Below, piece after piece: positions 10,262-19,428 of a DNA stretch of 60,060 nt. A program made the translations under genes and the position numbers. How positions within the stretch are numbered: position 1 is the first letter of the stretch; each line of letters opens with the position of its first letter. Location of the stretch: the IMG/VR virus record IMGVR_UViG_3300020201_000020, positions 1 to 60,060 of that record, one strand, 5' to 3'. This DNA is from a virus (lineage: Duplodnaviria; Caudoviricetes). Under the pieces are notes generated by a model. That model searched no databases. It was not told the DNA's origin and was given only the letters and a program-made list of their open reading frames with translations.

Positions 10262-10604
10262 AACTTTTGATTTTGAATGTCCTGAATGCGAATACCCAGA
10301 GGAACACACCTTCGACCTGCGTGGTATGAATGAAGAAGAAAAAGAAGCCACAATAATGTCAGGAATTAAATGTCCTAATTGTGACTTTGAAAACATGAAG
10401 CGGGTCTTCAGAACTTTCCCTGCCATAGGTCATGGCGGCGGAGATCGATCACTAAGCAATATTGAACGAATGAAGAAGTCGTTCCACGAACGATTCATCA
10501 AGAAAGAACTCGACGAGGTGAGACACCGTAAGGGTCGCTTGTATGACGATTCGATTCAAAGCGCAGCCGCTCAAAAGATTGAGGTAGAGAATGGAGAGAA
10601 ATAG
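10251..10604 (+). CDS. FmdB-like zinc-ribbon protein
   Basis: FDFECPEC...CPNC...MKRVF. Confidence 0.75.
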   Translation: MSFRTFDFECPECEYPEEHTFDLRGMNEEEKEATIMSGIKCPNCDFENMKRVFRTFPAIGHGGGDRSLSNIERMKKSFHERFIKKELDEVRHRKGRLYDDSIQSAAAQKIEVENGEK

Positions 10605-11091
10605 TAAGGGACAATTTGTTCTTGGCAAGTGTGATGGCCCAAAGACTCACGGGCATACAGTAGAAGGGAAATGGACAAAAACATATTCAAAATGGAACGG
10701 CATGAGGACTCGGTGCGACCGGAAAAACGCTGAAAACTATCATCTATATGGCGGTAGGGGTATTTCTTACGATGTTAGCTGGAGTAAGTTTTCAAACTTT
10801 CTTAAAGATATGGGAGACTGTCCTTCTGGATACACGCTCGAAAGAAAAGATTCAAATAAGAACTATTCAAAGTCAAACTGTCGATGGGCGACCTCCAAGG
10901 AAAATCACAGGAATAGGTCTGTCACCGTATTCGTTGAATTTGAAGGCAAGAAAAGAGTATTGGCTGAACTTGTTGAGCTATATGGGCTTAGAGATTATAA
11001 AACTACTTGGTGCAATATATTCAAGAGAGGATGGAGCGTTAAAGATGCTCTTCTGAAGCCGTTGAGGAGACGAAGTGTTAAAGATGATTAA
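10591..11091 (+). CDS. free-standing HNH-type homing endonuclease
   Basis: WNGMRTRC, YGGRGI, FLKDMG, LERKDSNKNYSKSNCRWAT. Confidence 0.88.
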   Translation: MERNSKGQFVLGKCDGPKTHGHTVEGKWTKTYSKWNGMRTRCDRKNAENYHLYGGRGISYDVSWSKFSNFLKDMGDCPSGYTLERKDSNKNYSKSNCRWATSKENHRNRSVTVFVEFEGKKRVLAELVELYGLRDYKTTWCNIFKRGWSVKDALLKPLRRRSVKDD

Positions 11092-11425
11092 GAAATGGGT
11101 AAAGGAAAAAGTCTACGAGCAGACCGTTGATCACGGAAACGTGCAGCCACGCCTAGACTATAGGGATTGGTCGATCTTTTTCAACTCATGCGCCGGATTG
11201 ATCCAATATAAAGCAAAAGGGGTGCAAGACCTCGCAGATTTCAGAAACAATTGGGCCAATAAATTCCATATACTTGTAGACGCTCACGGCAGGGGCTTGG
11301 ACGTTACAGACAACTTCTTTAACCTATATGGCGATATTCTTCGCTCAAACGTACAAGTGAAGTACAAAGCTAATCTCCGCACAAGACTAAGGTTGAAGAA
11401 ATGTTATTTAAAGCGATTAATCTAA
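11075..11425 (+). CDS. hypothetical protein
   Basis: GAGGAG SD; overlaps both neighbours. Confidence 0.55.
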   Translation: MLKMIKKWVKEKVYEQTVDHGNVQPRLDYRDWSIFFNSCAGLIQYKAKGVQDLADFRNNWANKFHILVDAHGRGLDVTDNFFNLYGDILRSNVQVKYKANLRTRLRLKKCYLKRLI

Positions 11426-14151
11426 AAAATTTCATGTCATTCCATAAGGAAACATTTTCAGACCTCGACAGAAGGGGCTTAACTCTTATTGAGGGGAAGA
11501 ATCTTGACGACGGAGACAGTAATGGTTCTGGGAAGTGCTTCGCTAAGGGTACAAAGGTTCTCATGTTTAGTGGGTTCTCTAAAAACGTAGAGGACGTTAT
11601 TGTTGGCGACCTACTTATGGGGCCAGACTCCAAAAAGAGGACGGTTACGGATCTCGGAAGAGGGAAGTCTGTCATGTATAAGATTACCCCAACCAAGGGA
11701 GAGTCTTTTACAGTTAATTCTGAACATATTCTTTATGGATACGATGCAAGAATTAAGAAAGATTTTAAAATAAAAACAAAGGACTATTTAGATCTCCCCG
11801 AGTGGAAGAAGAAGCTTTTGATGCTTAAAACTTGTGAAGGGATTGAGTATAAGGATTCTTACACTCAGCCGATCTCTCCCTACATCCTTGGAGCGTGGCT
11901 CGGAGATGGTCACTCTGATTGCTTTGCTGTAACTACGATGGACGACGAGCTTGATCAGGCGTTTAGACAGGAGTGTTTAGAGTGGGGGCTTCTAGTCAGA
12001 AAATGTCAGAAGAAAGGCAGCAAGGCTCGGACTCTTATCGCTCACAATAATTGGAACAACACTATAAACGCCACTATTCATTCGATGTGTTTGTTTGACA
12101 ATAAGCATATCCCGTACAGATATCAGATTAGTTCTAGGGCCAATAGGTTGGAGCTGTTAGCTGGGTTAATAGACACCGACGGTCACGCTGGTAGAAAAAC
12201 TCATTACGAAATATCTTTTGTGCATGAGAGATTGGCAGAAGACACGATAAGGCTTGCGAATTCTCTTGGTTTTTTTGCTTACGCTAGAGATAAGGTGGTC
12301 AAGGGTAAGACGTATAAGAGAATATCTATCGTGGGAGACATAACAGAAATACCAGTCAGGCTTGAAAGAAAGAAGTGCAGAAAGAAGAACTACGAGAAAG
12401 ATCACAGACATGTAGGGTTTAAAGTTGAAAGCGTTGGCAGAGGGGACTATTACGGATTTACTCTTAATGGAAACAATTTGTTTCTATTAGATAGCTTTTT
12501 TATTGCTCACAACAGTAGTCTTTGGGACGCAGTCAGCTTCGCACTGTTCGGCCATACCGTTAGGGGCCTAAAAGGTGACGACGTTGTTCATTGGAAATTT
12601 AAGAAAGAATGCGAAGTCCGTGTTGAGTTTGAATTCAAGGGTCAAACATGGGCGGTCGTTAGAACTCGCAAGCCTGACAGGTTCTACGTAGAGATAGACG
12701 GCAAGACTTATGAGCTTGGAACTACGGCGATGACGCAGCAGTGGTTGATCGACGCACTCGAAATTGATTATGACCTATTCCGTTCGACCGTTGTATTCGC
12801 TCAGGGCGAAACTTTCAACTTTGTGAATTCAACCAACAAGGAACAGAAGGAAGTCCTCTCTAAGATTATGAGGATTAGCTACGAAGCACGTTTGAACAAG
12901 GCCAAGGCAAAGATCAAGGATCTGAAAGAAAAGAAGTCTGACGTAGACAGGAACCTAACCGTGTTGAACTCGCACATCATAGAAGGGGAAGACTTCTTCA
13001 GTGATGAAATTGAAGACTGGGAAGCCTCACGTACGGCCAGAATTGATAGAAAGAAGAATGAGGCTAGGGATATCAAGAAGAAGCTCGAGGGACTAAAAGA
13101 CGACGACGCTTCAGTTATGGAAAAACAAATCAAAGAGAACACAGAAAAAATTGACCAGATACGAGCTAGAGGTGCTGACTATGTTACGAAAGCGGCAGAC
13201 CTTAGAGCAGAAGTAAAACAGGCGCAGAAGTATTTAGATAGTGCTGAAGACCTAATGAAGGCTCCTGAATGTCCTACGTGTGGGCATGACATTGATGGAC
13301 TAGCTCTTGCTGACAAGCTTCGCCACGTTGAATCTGAAATGGAGATCACAAAGGTTGAGCTCTTAAAGTGGGAAGAGAAGGTCATGTTATCTAATCAGGG
13401 ACAGGACAAGCTTTCAAAGTCTAGTCATGACCTACGAAACAAAGTGATGGTCGTTAAATTGGCGACGCAGCAGAGAGTCCTTTTAACCGAATCAGTTTCA
13501 GACATTCTTGAAGAAGTTAAAGAAATAAAGGCTGAAGAGAATCCGTGGTTCAAGAAGCGTGTTGGCGAACTAATTAAGCAGAAAGACATCAGGACTAAAA
13601 TAGCAGCATTCGAGAAGACCAAGGAGTCAGTTGATGCCATGATCCCTTACGTGGACTTCTGGGTTAACGCCTTCGGGGACTCGGGAATCAAGTCTTTCGT
13701 ATTTGACCTTGTGTGTGCAACTCTAACGACTAGAACCAATTACTACCTGAACATTCTCACCAGTGGGAAAGTTATAGTGACGTTTGACACTCAAAAGAAG
13801 ACAAAGTCTGGGGAAGTCCGTGAGAAGTTTGATTGCGAAATATTGGTCGACGGGAAAACCGTTAAGTATGACGCTTATTCTGGTGGCGAGAAGCGTAGAA
13901 TATCACTAGCGGTTGATCTTGCTCTTAGCGATCTAATGTCTGATTACTACGTTCAAACTTTTAACATAGTGGTTTTTGACGAGCAGGATTTACACCTCGA
14001 CCGACAGGGACGTGTTGCATATCTGAATCTATTAAAAGAAGTGGCGAAGACTAAGCATGTTTTTGTCGTTGCTCATGACACTGAATTTAAGGCAACATTT
14101 GACGACGTATTAATTATTCAGAAACGTGACGGCATTTCCGCTGTCATTTGA
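11401..14151 (+). CDS. Rad50/SbcC ATPase (gp46-like), intein-containing
   Basis: LKNFMSF, NGSGK|SS, FAQG, CPTC zinc hook, YSGGEKRR, VFDE, VAH. Confidence 0.95.
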   Translation: MLFKAINLKNFMSFHKETFSDLDRRGLTLIEGKNLDDGDSNGSGKCFAKGTKVLMFSGFSKNVEDVIVGDLLMGPDSKKRTVTDLGRGKSVMYKITPTKGESFTVNSEHILYGYDARIKKDFKIKTKDYLDLPEWKKKLLMLKTCEGIEYKDSYTQPISPYILGAWLGDGHSDCFAVTTMDDELDQAFRQECLEWGLLVRKCQKKGSKARTLIAHNNWNNTINATIHSMCLFDNKHIPYRYQISSRANRLELLAGLIDTDGHAGRKTHYEISFVHERLAEDTIRLANSLGFFAYARDKVVKGKTYKRISIVGDITEIPVRLERKKCRKKNYEKDHRHVGFKVESVGRGDYYGFTLNGNNLFLLDSFFIAHNSSLWDAVSFALFGHTVRGLKGDDVVHWKFKKECEVRVEFEFKGQTWAVVRTRKPDRFYVEIDGKTYELGTTAMTQQWLIDALEIDYDLFRSTVVFAQGETFNFVNSTNKEQKEVLSKIMRISYEARLNKAKAKIKDLKEKKSDVDRNLTVLNSHIIEGEDFFSDEIEDWEASRTARIDRKKNEARDIKKKLEGLKDDDASVMEKQIKENTEKIDQIRARGADYVTKAADLRAEVKQAQKYLDSAEDLMKAPECPTCGHDIDGLALADKLRHVESEMEITKVELLKWEEKVMLSNQGQDKLSKSSHDLRNKVMVVKLATQQRVLLTESVSDILEEVKEIKAEENPWFKKRVGELIKQKDIRTKIAAFEKTKESVDAMIPYVDFWVNAFGDSGIKSFVFDLVCATLTTRTNYYLNILTSGKVIVTFDTQKKTKSGEVREKFDCEILVDGKTVKYDAYSGGEKRRISLAVDLALSDLMSDYYVQTFNIVVFDEQDLHLDRQGRVAYLNLLKEVAKTKHVFVVAHDTEFKATFDDVLIIQKRDGISAVI
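11536..12513 (+). mobile_element. intein (326 aa) with LAGLIDADG endonuclease in SbcC Walker A
   Basis: CFAKGTKVLM...LGAWLGDG...LAGLIDTDG...YYGFTLNGNNLFLL...IAHN|S. Confidence 0.95.
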
Positions 14152-14163
14152 TCTACTAGAAAC

Positions 14164-14183
14164 ATCTAGTAAATTTACTAGAT
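14164..14183. promoter_or_regulatory. perfect 20-bp palindrome ATCTAGTAAA|TTTACTAGAT (possible operator or hairpin)
   Basis: intergenic; overlaps a second inverted repeat TACTAGA-N4-TCTAGTA at 14154-14171. Confidence 0.5.
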
Positions 14184-14205
14184 ATAACTAGCAACAGGAG
14201 GGCTT

Positions 14206-14364
14206 ATGCCTACAACGAAGAAGACAGCTGGAAAGACAGCAAAGAAAGCAGCTAAGAAAACCGTTGCGAAGAAGACTATGAAGGCTTCAGCAAAGAAGAA
14301 TGTGAAGACTCCACTTGTTAATTCTAAAAACAGTGCTGTGAACACAGCTACAGCAGCAGTTTAA
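14206..14364 (+). CDS. small Lys/Ala-rich histone-H1-like protein (52 aa)
   Basis: AGGAGG SD; MPTTKKTAGKTAKKAAKKTVAKKTMKASAKK; absent from ORF track. Confidence 0.75.
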   Translation: MPTTKKTAGKTAKKAAKKTVAKKTMKASAKKNVKTPLVNSKNSAVNTATAAV

Positions 14365-14374
14365 GGAGCATCCC

Positions 14375-14854
14375 ATCAACGAAAAACAGTTCAACTCGGA
14401 AGTGGTTAAGTCTCTTAAAAGCGCAGGATTCTGGGCCTATAAGATTGCTGACTCCCCTGCTAGTTGGACTGCTTCCGTTACCCGCTTCACGCCGGAAAAA
14501 CCCGCCGACATTATCGCCTGTACCAAGTCCGGCAGGTTTATGCTGATAGAAAGTAAGCAGTTTAAGAAATGGCAGGGCTTCTATCAGACGGCGATGCGGG
14601 ACAATCAGATGAAAGCTTTAGACGACACTACTGCCATGGGCGGGAAGGGTTACGTCTTCGTGAACATACGAATCGCCAAGGAAAAAGCTAAAGGAATCGC
14701 TCTAGAGAATTGGGTTGTTATATTCAGTTGGAAACGATTCGGGCAGCGCATACGCAACGAGGGCTTCACTATTAAAGAAATGAAAGACAAGAGTTTTGGC
14801 ATTTGGATTAAAGGATCGAAGGGCGAGTTTGATCTAACGGATTGGCTCCCATGA
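14375..14854 (+). CDS. RecU-like / PD-(D/E)xK Holliday junction resolvase (probable ATC start; GTG 14402 is the alternative)
   Basis: EKQF...PADI...LIESK...QMKAL motif set. Confidence 0.75.
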   Translation: MNEKQFNSEVVKSLKSAGFWAYKIADSPASWTASVTRFTPEKPADIIACTKSGRFMLIESKQFKKWQGFYQTAMRDNQMKALDDTTAMGGKGYVFVNIRIAKEKAKGIALENWVVIFSWKRFGQRIRNEGFTIKEMKDKSFGIWIKGSKGEFDLTDWLP

Positions 14855-15165
14855 ATATTCAAGACACATTGAACAACATTAGCGACGGCATAGCATCAGC
14901 AGACGACATGGTTGAAAGAATGACCTACATGATGTTCGGCTCGGTTGTCACGACAACTAAGGGCTTCGAGAACGTAGAAATCAAACTGGACGCAGACTCG
15001 CAAAGGGTCTTTATATGTATCTCCCTAAGATGGTTCGCTAAACATAAGCGGCTTGAAGGCGTTAGGAAGTACTGGTTGGCCAAAGCAGAAAGACGTGTGC
15101 AGAAGTATGTACCTCATGGCTGGAGAGTGCTTTTATATTATAAACAGGGAGAAGAACGTGAATGA
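14851..15165 (+). CDS. hypothetical protein
   Basis: ATGA coupling. Confidence 0.6.
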   Translation: MNIQDTLNNISDGIASADDMVERMTYMMFGSVVTTTKGFENVEIKLDADSQRVFICISLRWFAKHKRLEGVRKYWLAKAERRVQKYVPHGWRVLLYYKQGEERE

Positions 15166-15358
15166 AATGATCGAAGAAATTAGAAGAATGGTTCAGAAGC
15201 ATCTTAAGCTTGCGAACCCATTAGTGTTGGAAACAGTTTTGATTTTGGATGTGTTAGCGACGATGGCAGATAGGATTCAGCAGTTAGAGAACAGAATGGC
15301 AGACAAGGGAGCAGCGAATGGAAGTAAGAAAGAAGAAAGTGGTCTCAACATCGGGTGA
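15158..15358 (+). CDS. hypothetical protein
   Basis: GGGAG + GTG. Confidence 0.5.
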   Translation: MNEMIEEIRRMVQKHLKLANPLVLETVLILDVLATMADRIQQLENRMADKGAANGSKKEESGLNIG

Positions 15359-15713
15359 AGCTAAGAAATTCGTGGTGTTAATCATTAGAATGATCAACAG
15401 CAATGAGCGAGCGTTCTTCGCTAAGTTCATGGAAGACTTTAGAGAATTAAATGGAAAGCATCAGGGAGGACTCTTACGCTTCCTGTCAGAGCGGTGCGAT
15501 CAAAAAAAGTGGAAAGATCGTTTGGACGATACTACAATGTATAACGATGTAATACGTTCAGTCTTGTTTCACTATAGCGGCAGAGATGAATTGGGTCAGC
15601 CTTCTAAGAAAGAATTGGCCCACGCTCTCCGGGAATATATCGATTCGGCTGAGTTTAAATCAGTTGAAGATGGCGATCATGAAATATTTGGAACAGCACT
15701 TGGAACAATATAA
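15318..15713 (+). CDS. hypothetical protein, C-terminus FGTALGTI
   Basis: GGGAG SD. Confidence 0.6.
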   Translation: MEVRKKKVVSTSGEAKKFVVLIIRMINSNERAFFAKFMEDFRELNGKHQGGLLRFLSERCDQKKWKDRLDDTTMYNDVIRSVLFHYSGRDELGQPSKKELAHALREYIDSAEFKSVEDGDHEIFGTALGTI

Positions 15714-15722
15714 GGAGTAATT

Positions 15723-15959
15723 ATGTTTGAGACACACAAGTTGAATGAAAACGGTTTTAAAGAAATGAACGCTTACAAGACTAAGATGAGCGAAGCGGTC
15801 TCGGAAGTCATGGAGCTGATGGAAGATGGCAGAGAAAAATCTATTTTCAAGACAAAGATAGAAGAGGCCGTCTTCTTTGGTGCCAAAGCTATCGCCGGAA
15901 AGGCTGAAAATTTTACAGAAATTATTAACTACCCAGAAGTTTCAAAAGGATTAATCTAA
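15723..15959 (+). CDS. small helical hypothetical protein (possibly Acb2/Tad1-like)
   Basis: TAAGGAG SD; GREKSIFKTKIEEAVFFGAKAIA resembles the RE.SLA.TKLEEA..WA..AIA family pattern. Confidence 0.55.
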   Translation: MFETHKLNENGFKEMNAYKTKMSEAVSEVMELMEDGREKSIFKTKIEEAVFFGAKAIAGKAENFTEIINYPEVSKGLI

Positions 15960-16609
15960 TGCAACAAACCAAGTTTGACGAATTAAAAGGTGAACTCAGT
16001 GTTTTGGCAACAAAGACGGCTGCACAGCATAGACTGGCGCAATCTTCTTTAGTGCTTTTAAAGAACATCGACGCACGCATTGAAGGGATCAAAGATCTTC
16101 TAACGGCAGCGAACGTCTTCACAGAAGACCAGTATCAAGACGCTGTAGACTCTAAGCTGGGCTTGAGACGTAAAGCCGATCACGAAACAATTGAGCTTTC
16201 AGACGTGTGTTGGGTCTCTTACGAAGCCGAAATTGAGGGCGTGAAAGACATTCAGAAGGAAGGCGGTCTTCCTATCCGTGTTGGTTCAAACGCTGTGATG
16301 TTCGAGTCGGCATTGATCGGCAAGGGTGTGAACGAGAAGGGGATTGTCTACGAGGGAACTTGGAAAGAGCAGAACCCTGCAGACCTTTCAAAATCAATTG
16401 AACGTAAAATCAAATTCACTATTGACGTGAACAGAGTCAAAACGAGGAGCTTAAATGGAACAGGAAACGGAATCTCAGATGACATCGACAGAGCTGATGG
16501 AAACGGTGGAGAAAACAGCGACATCGCCATGTTTGAATCTGGCACTGACTCTGAAGGACTTGGACTCACAGATGGAGACAACGATCAAGCTCAACATTCT
16601 GAACAATGA
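15959..16609 (+). CDS. protein with trigger-factor-like FKBP domain
   Basis: IELSDVCWVSYEAEIEG...IRVGSNAVMFESALIGKGVNE...FTIDVNRVK resembles the Tig PPIase domain. Confidence 0.55.
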   Translation: MQQTKFDELKGELSVLATKTAAQHRLAQSSLVLLKNIDARIEGIKDLLTAANVFTEDQYQDAVDSKLGLRRKADHETIELSDVCWVSYEAEIEGVKDIQKEGGLPIRVGSNAVMFESALIGKGVNEKGIVYEGTWKEQNPADLSKSIERKIKFTIDVNRVKTRSLNGTGNGISDDIDRADGNGGENSDIAMFESGTDSEGLGLTDGDNDQAQHSEQ

Positions 16610-16724
16610 TGAAGCCGTGGTAGCTCAAGAGGCTATTCGAGCGATCATTGCAGGGCTTCAGGACATTAAGGCCATTGACGGCAAACAACTAGAGGGTAGA
16701 AAATGGATAACGATAAAAGACTAG
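16455..16724 (+). CDS. hypothetical protein
   Basis: GAGGAG SD; long overlap with upstream ORF. Confidence 0.5.
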   Translation: MEQETESQMTSTELMETVEKTATSPCLNLALTLKDLDSQMETTIKLNILNNDEAVVAQEAIRAIIAGLQDIKAIDGKQLEGRKWITIKD

Positions 16725-16814
16725 AACAGGATCAGGACTTGAAACATCAGAAGCCTGAAGAGACGGACAATCTTCAAAAGTCTGAACGTCCTAACAAAGA
16801 CTATTGTAAAGATC

Positions 16815-17120
16815 GTGGGATCGATCAAGACACCCAAGGCAAAGAAAAGAAAGATGAAGAAAAAGTTTAAGAAGGTGCCCCTCATTAATTTGGGGGGCAA
16901 TTTTAAGTTAGGCGACAACTCTCAAATCATTATTCAGCGCATGAAGCAGGACGAATTGCTCGTGCAGAACATGGATTCGGATTTTAATATAACTCTAAGC
17001 CCATCAGAAAATAAGATCACTATTGAGATAAACAACTTCAATCTTGGAGATGCTCTCGTTTTGTTTGATGACAAGGGTATCGCAGAAAAGAAGGTTGTTC
17101 ATGGAAGAGATGGTAATTAA
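16815..17120 (+). CDS. hypothetical protein
   Basis: ORF fills the gap; likely start 16854. Confidence 0.5.
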   Translation: MGSIKTPKAKKRKMKKKFKKVPLINLGGNFKLGDNSQIIIQRMKQDELLVQNMDSDFNITLSPSENKITIEINNFNLGDALVLFDDKGIAEKKVVHGRDGN

Positions 17121-17679
17121 TACATGCAAGGTCGCTAATTATGTGGCGGTCAAAAAGCTTAAGTTTCATCCGAGCAATGCCGAGCTTCGTTCAATATCTC
17201 CTGAACGCTTTAACGAGCTAAAGAACTCGCTAGTGAATAAGGGATTCTATGAGCCTATTTTAGTTTGGAAGAAGAACGGCTACGTTTTAGCTGGCAACCA
17301 AAGACTTAAAGCGGCTCAAGAACTCATAGCTGAAGGTTACACGTTCATGACTCCTGACGGGAAGAAGAACGAGCTACCCGTTGTCGTTGAAGATGTGGAT
17401 GAAAAGATGGCGATGCAAATCCTCCATCAAGCTAACAATCATCATGGTGACTGGGTCACACAAAAACTAGCTGAAGCGATTCGTGAAGCTGGAGAGATGG
17501 GCGTAGCATTCGCTGACATGGGTTACAGTCAGGAAGATCACGACCGGATAATTAAAGAAGCTCTCGCTAGTATTGAAGATAAGGATTACTCAGATAAAAA
17601 CAAAGAAGTAAGTACGGAAGATTTTGGAAGCGACTTAGAGCACCAGTGTCCAAAATGCGGGTTTGAATTCAATGATTAA
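17101..17679 (+). CDS. ParB/Srx-domain protein with C-terminal zinc ribbon
   Basis: LKFHPSN, KGFYEPI, LAGNQRLKA, CPKCGFEF. Confidence 0.85.
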   Translation: MEEMVINTCKVANYVAVKKLKFHPSNAELRSISPERFNELKNSLVNKGFYEPILVWKKNGYVLAGNQRLKAAQELIAEGYTFMTPDGKKNELPVVVEDVDEKMAMQILHQANNHHGDWVTQKLAEAIREAGEMGVAFADMGYSQEDHDRIIKEALASIEDKDYSDKNKEVSTEDFGSDLEHQCPKCGFEFND

Positions 17680-18646
17680 GTTTATCCCAACATACAGATG
17701 GAGCTTAACAGACCTAGACAAGGTCAAAAAGAATGGGCTTAAAGTCTTTTCATGCTTCGCTTGCGGAGGTGGATCAACCATGGGTTACAAGCTCGCTGGT
17801 TTTGATGTGATAGGAGCAAATGATATTGATCCAGAGATGGCATGGCATTATAAAGAGAACCATGCTCCTAAACATTATTTCCTAGAAGACATTAGAAAGT
17901 TTGCAAAAAGAAATGACCTGCCAAAAGAACTTTATGAACTAGACATATTAGACGGCTCCCCTCCATGTTCAAGCTTCTCTATGGCCGGATCAAGAGAGAA
18001 AGGATGGGGCAAAAAGAAACAATTCAGAGAGGGGCAAGCACTTCAAACTCTAGATGATTTATTCTTTGACTTCATAGAACTCGGAAGAAAGCTGCAGCCA
18101 AAAGTTATCATCGCAGAGAATGTAAAAGGTATGCTTCAAGGTAATGCTAAAGGCTACGTAAAACAAATCATTGGATTGTTTAATACCATTGGCTACGATG
18201 TTCAATTATTTCTATTAAACGCCGCATCGATGGGTGTCCCTCAAGAGAGGGAGAGGGTTTTCTTTATTGCTCGCAGAGCTGATATAGCACTTCCCAAACT
18301 TGAGCTTTTATTTAATGAGAGGCCGCTCACGGTGAAAGAAGCTACTGGACTCGAGGGGCATACTTCGAACACAGCATGGCTTCGCCATGTTTTGGCCGGA
18401 AGAAGGCCTAAGTGGCATACTCATAAACGACCAGCACCAACTATAATGGGAACGGGCGGGGTATTTTTAATTGGCAAAGACAACAAACCGGAAAAGATCG
18501 GGCCACCACATATTAATCTTTTGGGTTCTTATCCTTTGGATTACAAGTTTCGAGGGGATCTAAGCTATATGATTGGCATGAGTGTCCCACCTTTAATGAC
18601 CTACGGAGTAGCTAATCAAATTTACAAACAATGGTTTAAAAAATGA
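17672..18646 (+). CDS. DNA cytosine-5 methyltransferase
   Basis: FACGGG, DGSPPCSSFS, ENV, PQERERVF, GMSVPP. Confidence 0.95.
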   Translation: MIKFIPTYRWSLTDLDKVKKNGLKVFSCFACGGGSTMGYKLAGFDVIGANDIDPEMAWHYKENHAPKHYFLEDIRKFAKRNDLPKELYELDILDGSPPCSSFSMAGSREKGWGKKKQFREGQALQTLDDLFFDFIELGRKLQPKVIIAENVKGMLQGNAKGYVKQIIGLFNTIGYDVQLFLLNAASMGVPQERERVFFIARRADIALPKLELLFNERPLTVKEATGLEGHTSNTAWLRHVLAGRRPKWHTHKRPAPTIMGTGGVFLIGKDNKPEKIGPPHINLLGSYPLDYKFRGDLSYMIGMSVPPLMTYGVANQIYKQWFKK

Positions 18647-19428
18647 GCAAAAACGACAACAAGATTGAACTATGCAAAGTTAAAACTTACGCAAAGATTA
18701 GCGATCTAAAAGTTCATCCACACAACCCAAGAACAATCTCTGCTGACCGATTAGAGCAATTGAAAGCTTCAATACTAAAGAAGGGATTCTATGAACCTAT
18801 TTTAGTTTGGAAGAAGGGCGGCGTGGTGTTGTCAGGAAACCATAGGCTTCAAGCTGCCCGTGAACTCGTTGAAGATGGTTACGAATTCCTTTCACATGAC
18901 GGGCAGAAAGACGTGCTTCCCGTGGTCATTGAGGACATTGACTATAAGACTGCTGAAGCGATTCTATTTGAGGCGAACAATCATTATGCTGACTGGGTCG
19001 ATGATAAGCTTAAAAAGGCGGTTCAGGAAGCTCAAGCGCATGGGTCTGACATAGCTGACTTTGGCTTCTCACAGAAGGAACTCGACAGGCTATTAAAGAC
19101 TGCGTCAAAAGATGCTGACGAGGTTCTACGTATAACCAATGAAGACATTGATAGGGAGCTTGGCCCTAAGTTTTTGCAACCTGAGATCGTAGACCCTGTA
19201 AATGTTTCAGAGTTTGAATTGAAAGAGGAGGAGTTTGGATATTTAACCCTCCCTAAGAAGAACATAGATAAATTGAAAGGTTACCTCGTTATCATAGCTA
19301 AAGAGCTCGATCCAGATTGGGACAATGGTTCCCTTTCTGACGCAGCTGATGTATTGATAGGAGCGATTGAAAAATCCGGAATAATTGACGACATCAAGGG
19401 GAACAGCGATGGAGAAGAAGACGATTAA
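18643..19428 (+). CDS. ParB/Srx-domain protein (paralog of 17101)
   Basis: HPHNPR, KGFYEPILVW, SGNHRLQA. Confidence 0.85.
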   Translation: MSKNDNKIELCKVKTYAKISDLKVHPHNPRTISADRLEQLKASILKKGFYEPILVWKKGGVVLSGNHRLQAARELVEDGYEFLSHDGQKDVLPVVIEDIDYKTAEAILFEANNHYADWVDDKLKKAVQEAQAHGSDIADFGFSQKELDRLLKTASKDADEVLRITNEDIDRELGPKFLQPEIVDPVNVSEFELKEEEFGYLTLPKKNIDKLKGYLVIIAKELDPDWDNGSLSDAADVLIGAIEKSGIIDDIKGNSDGEEDD

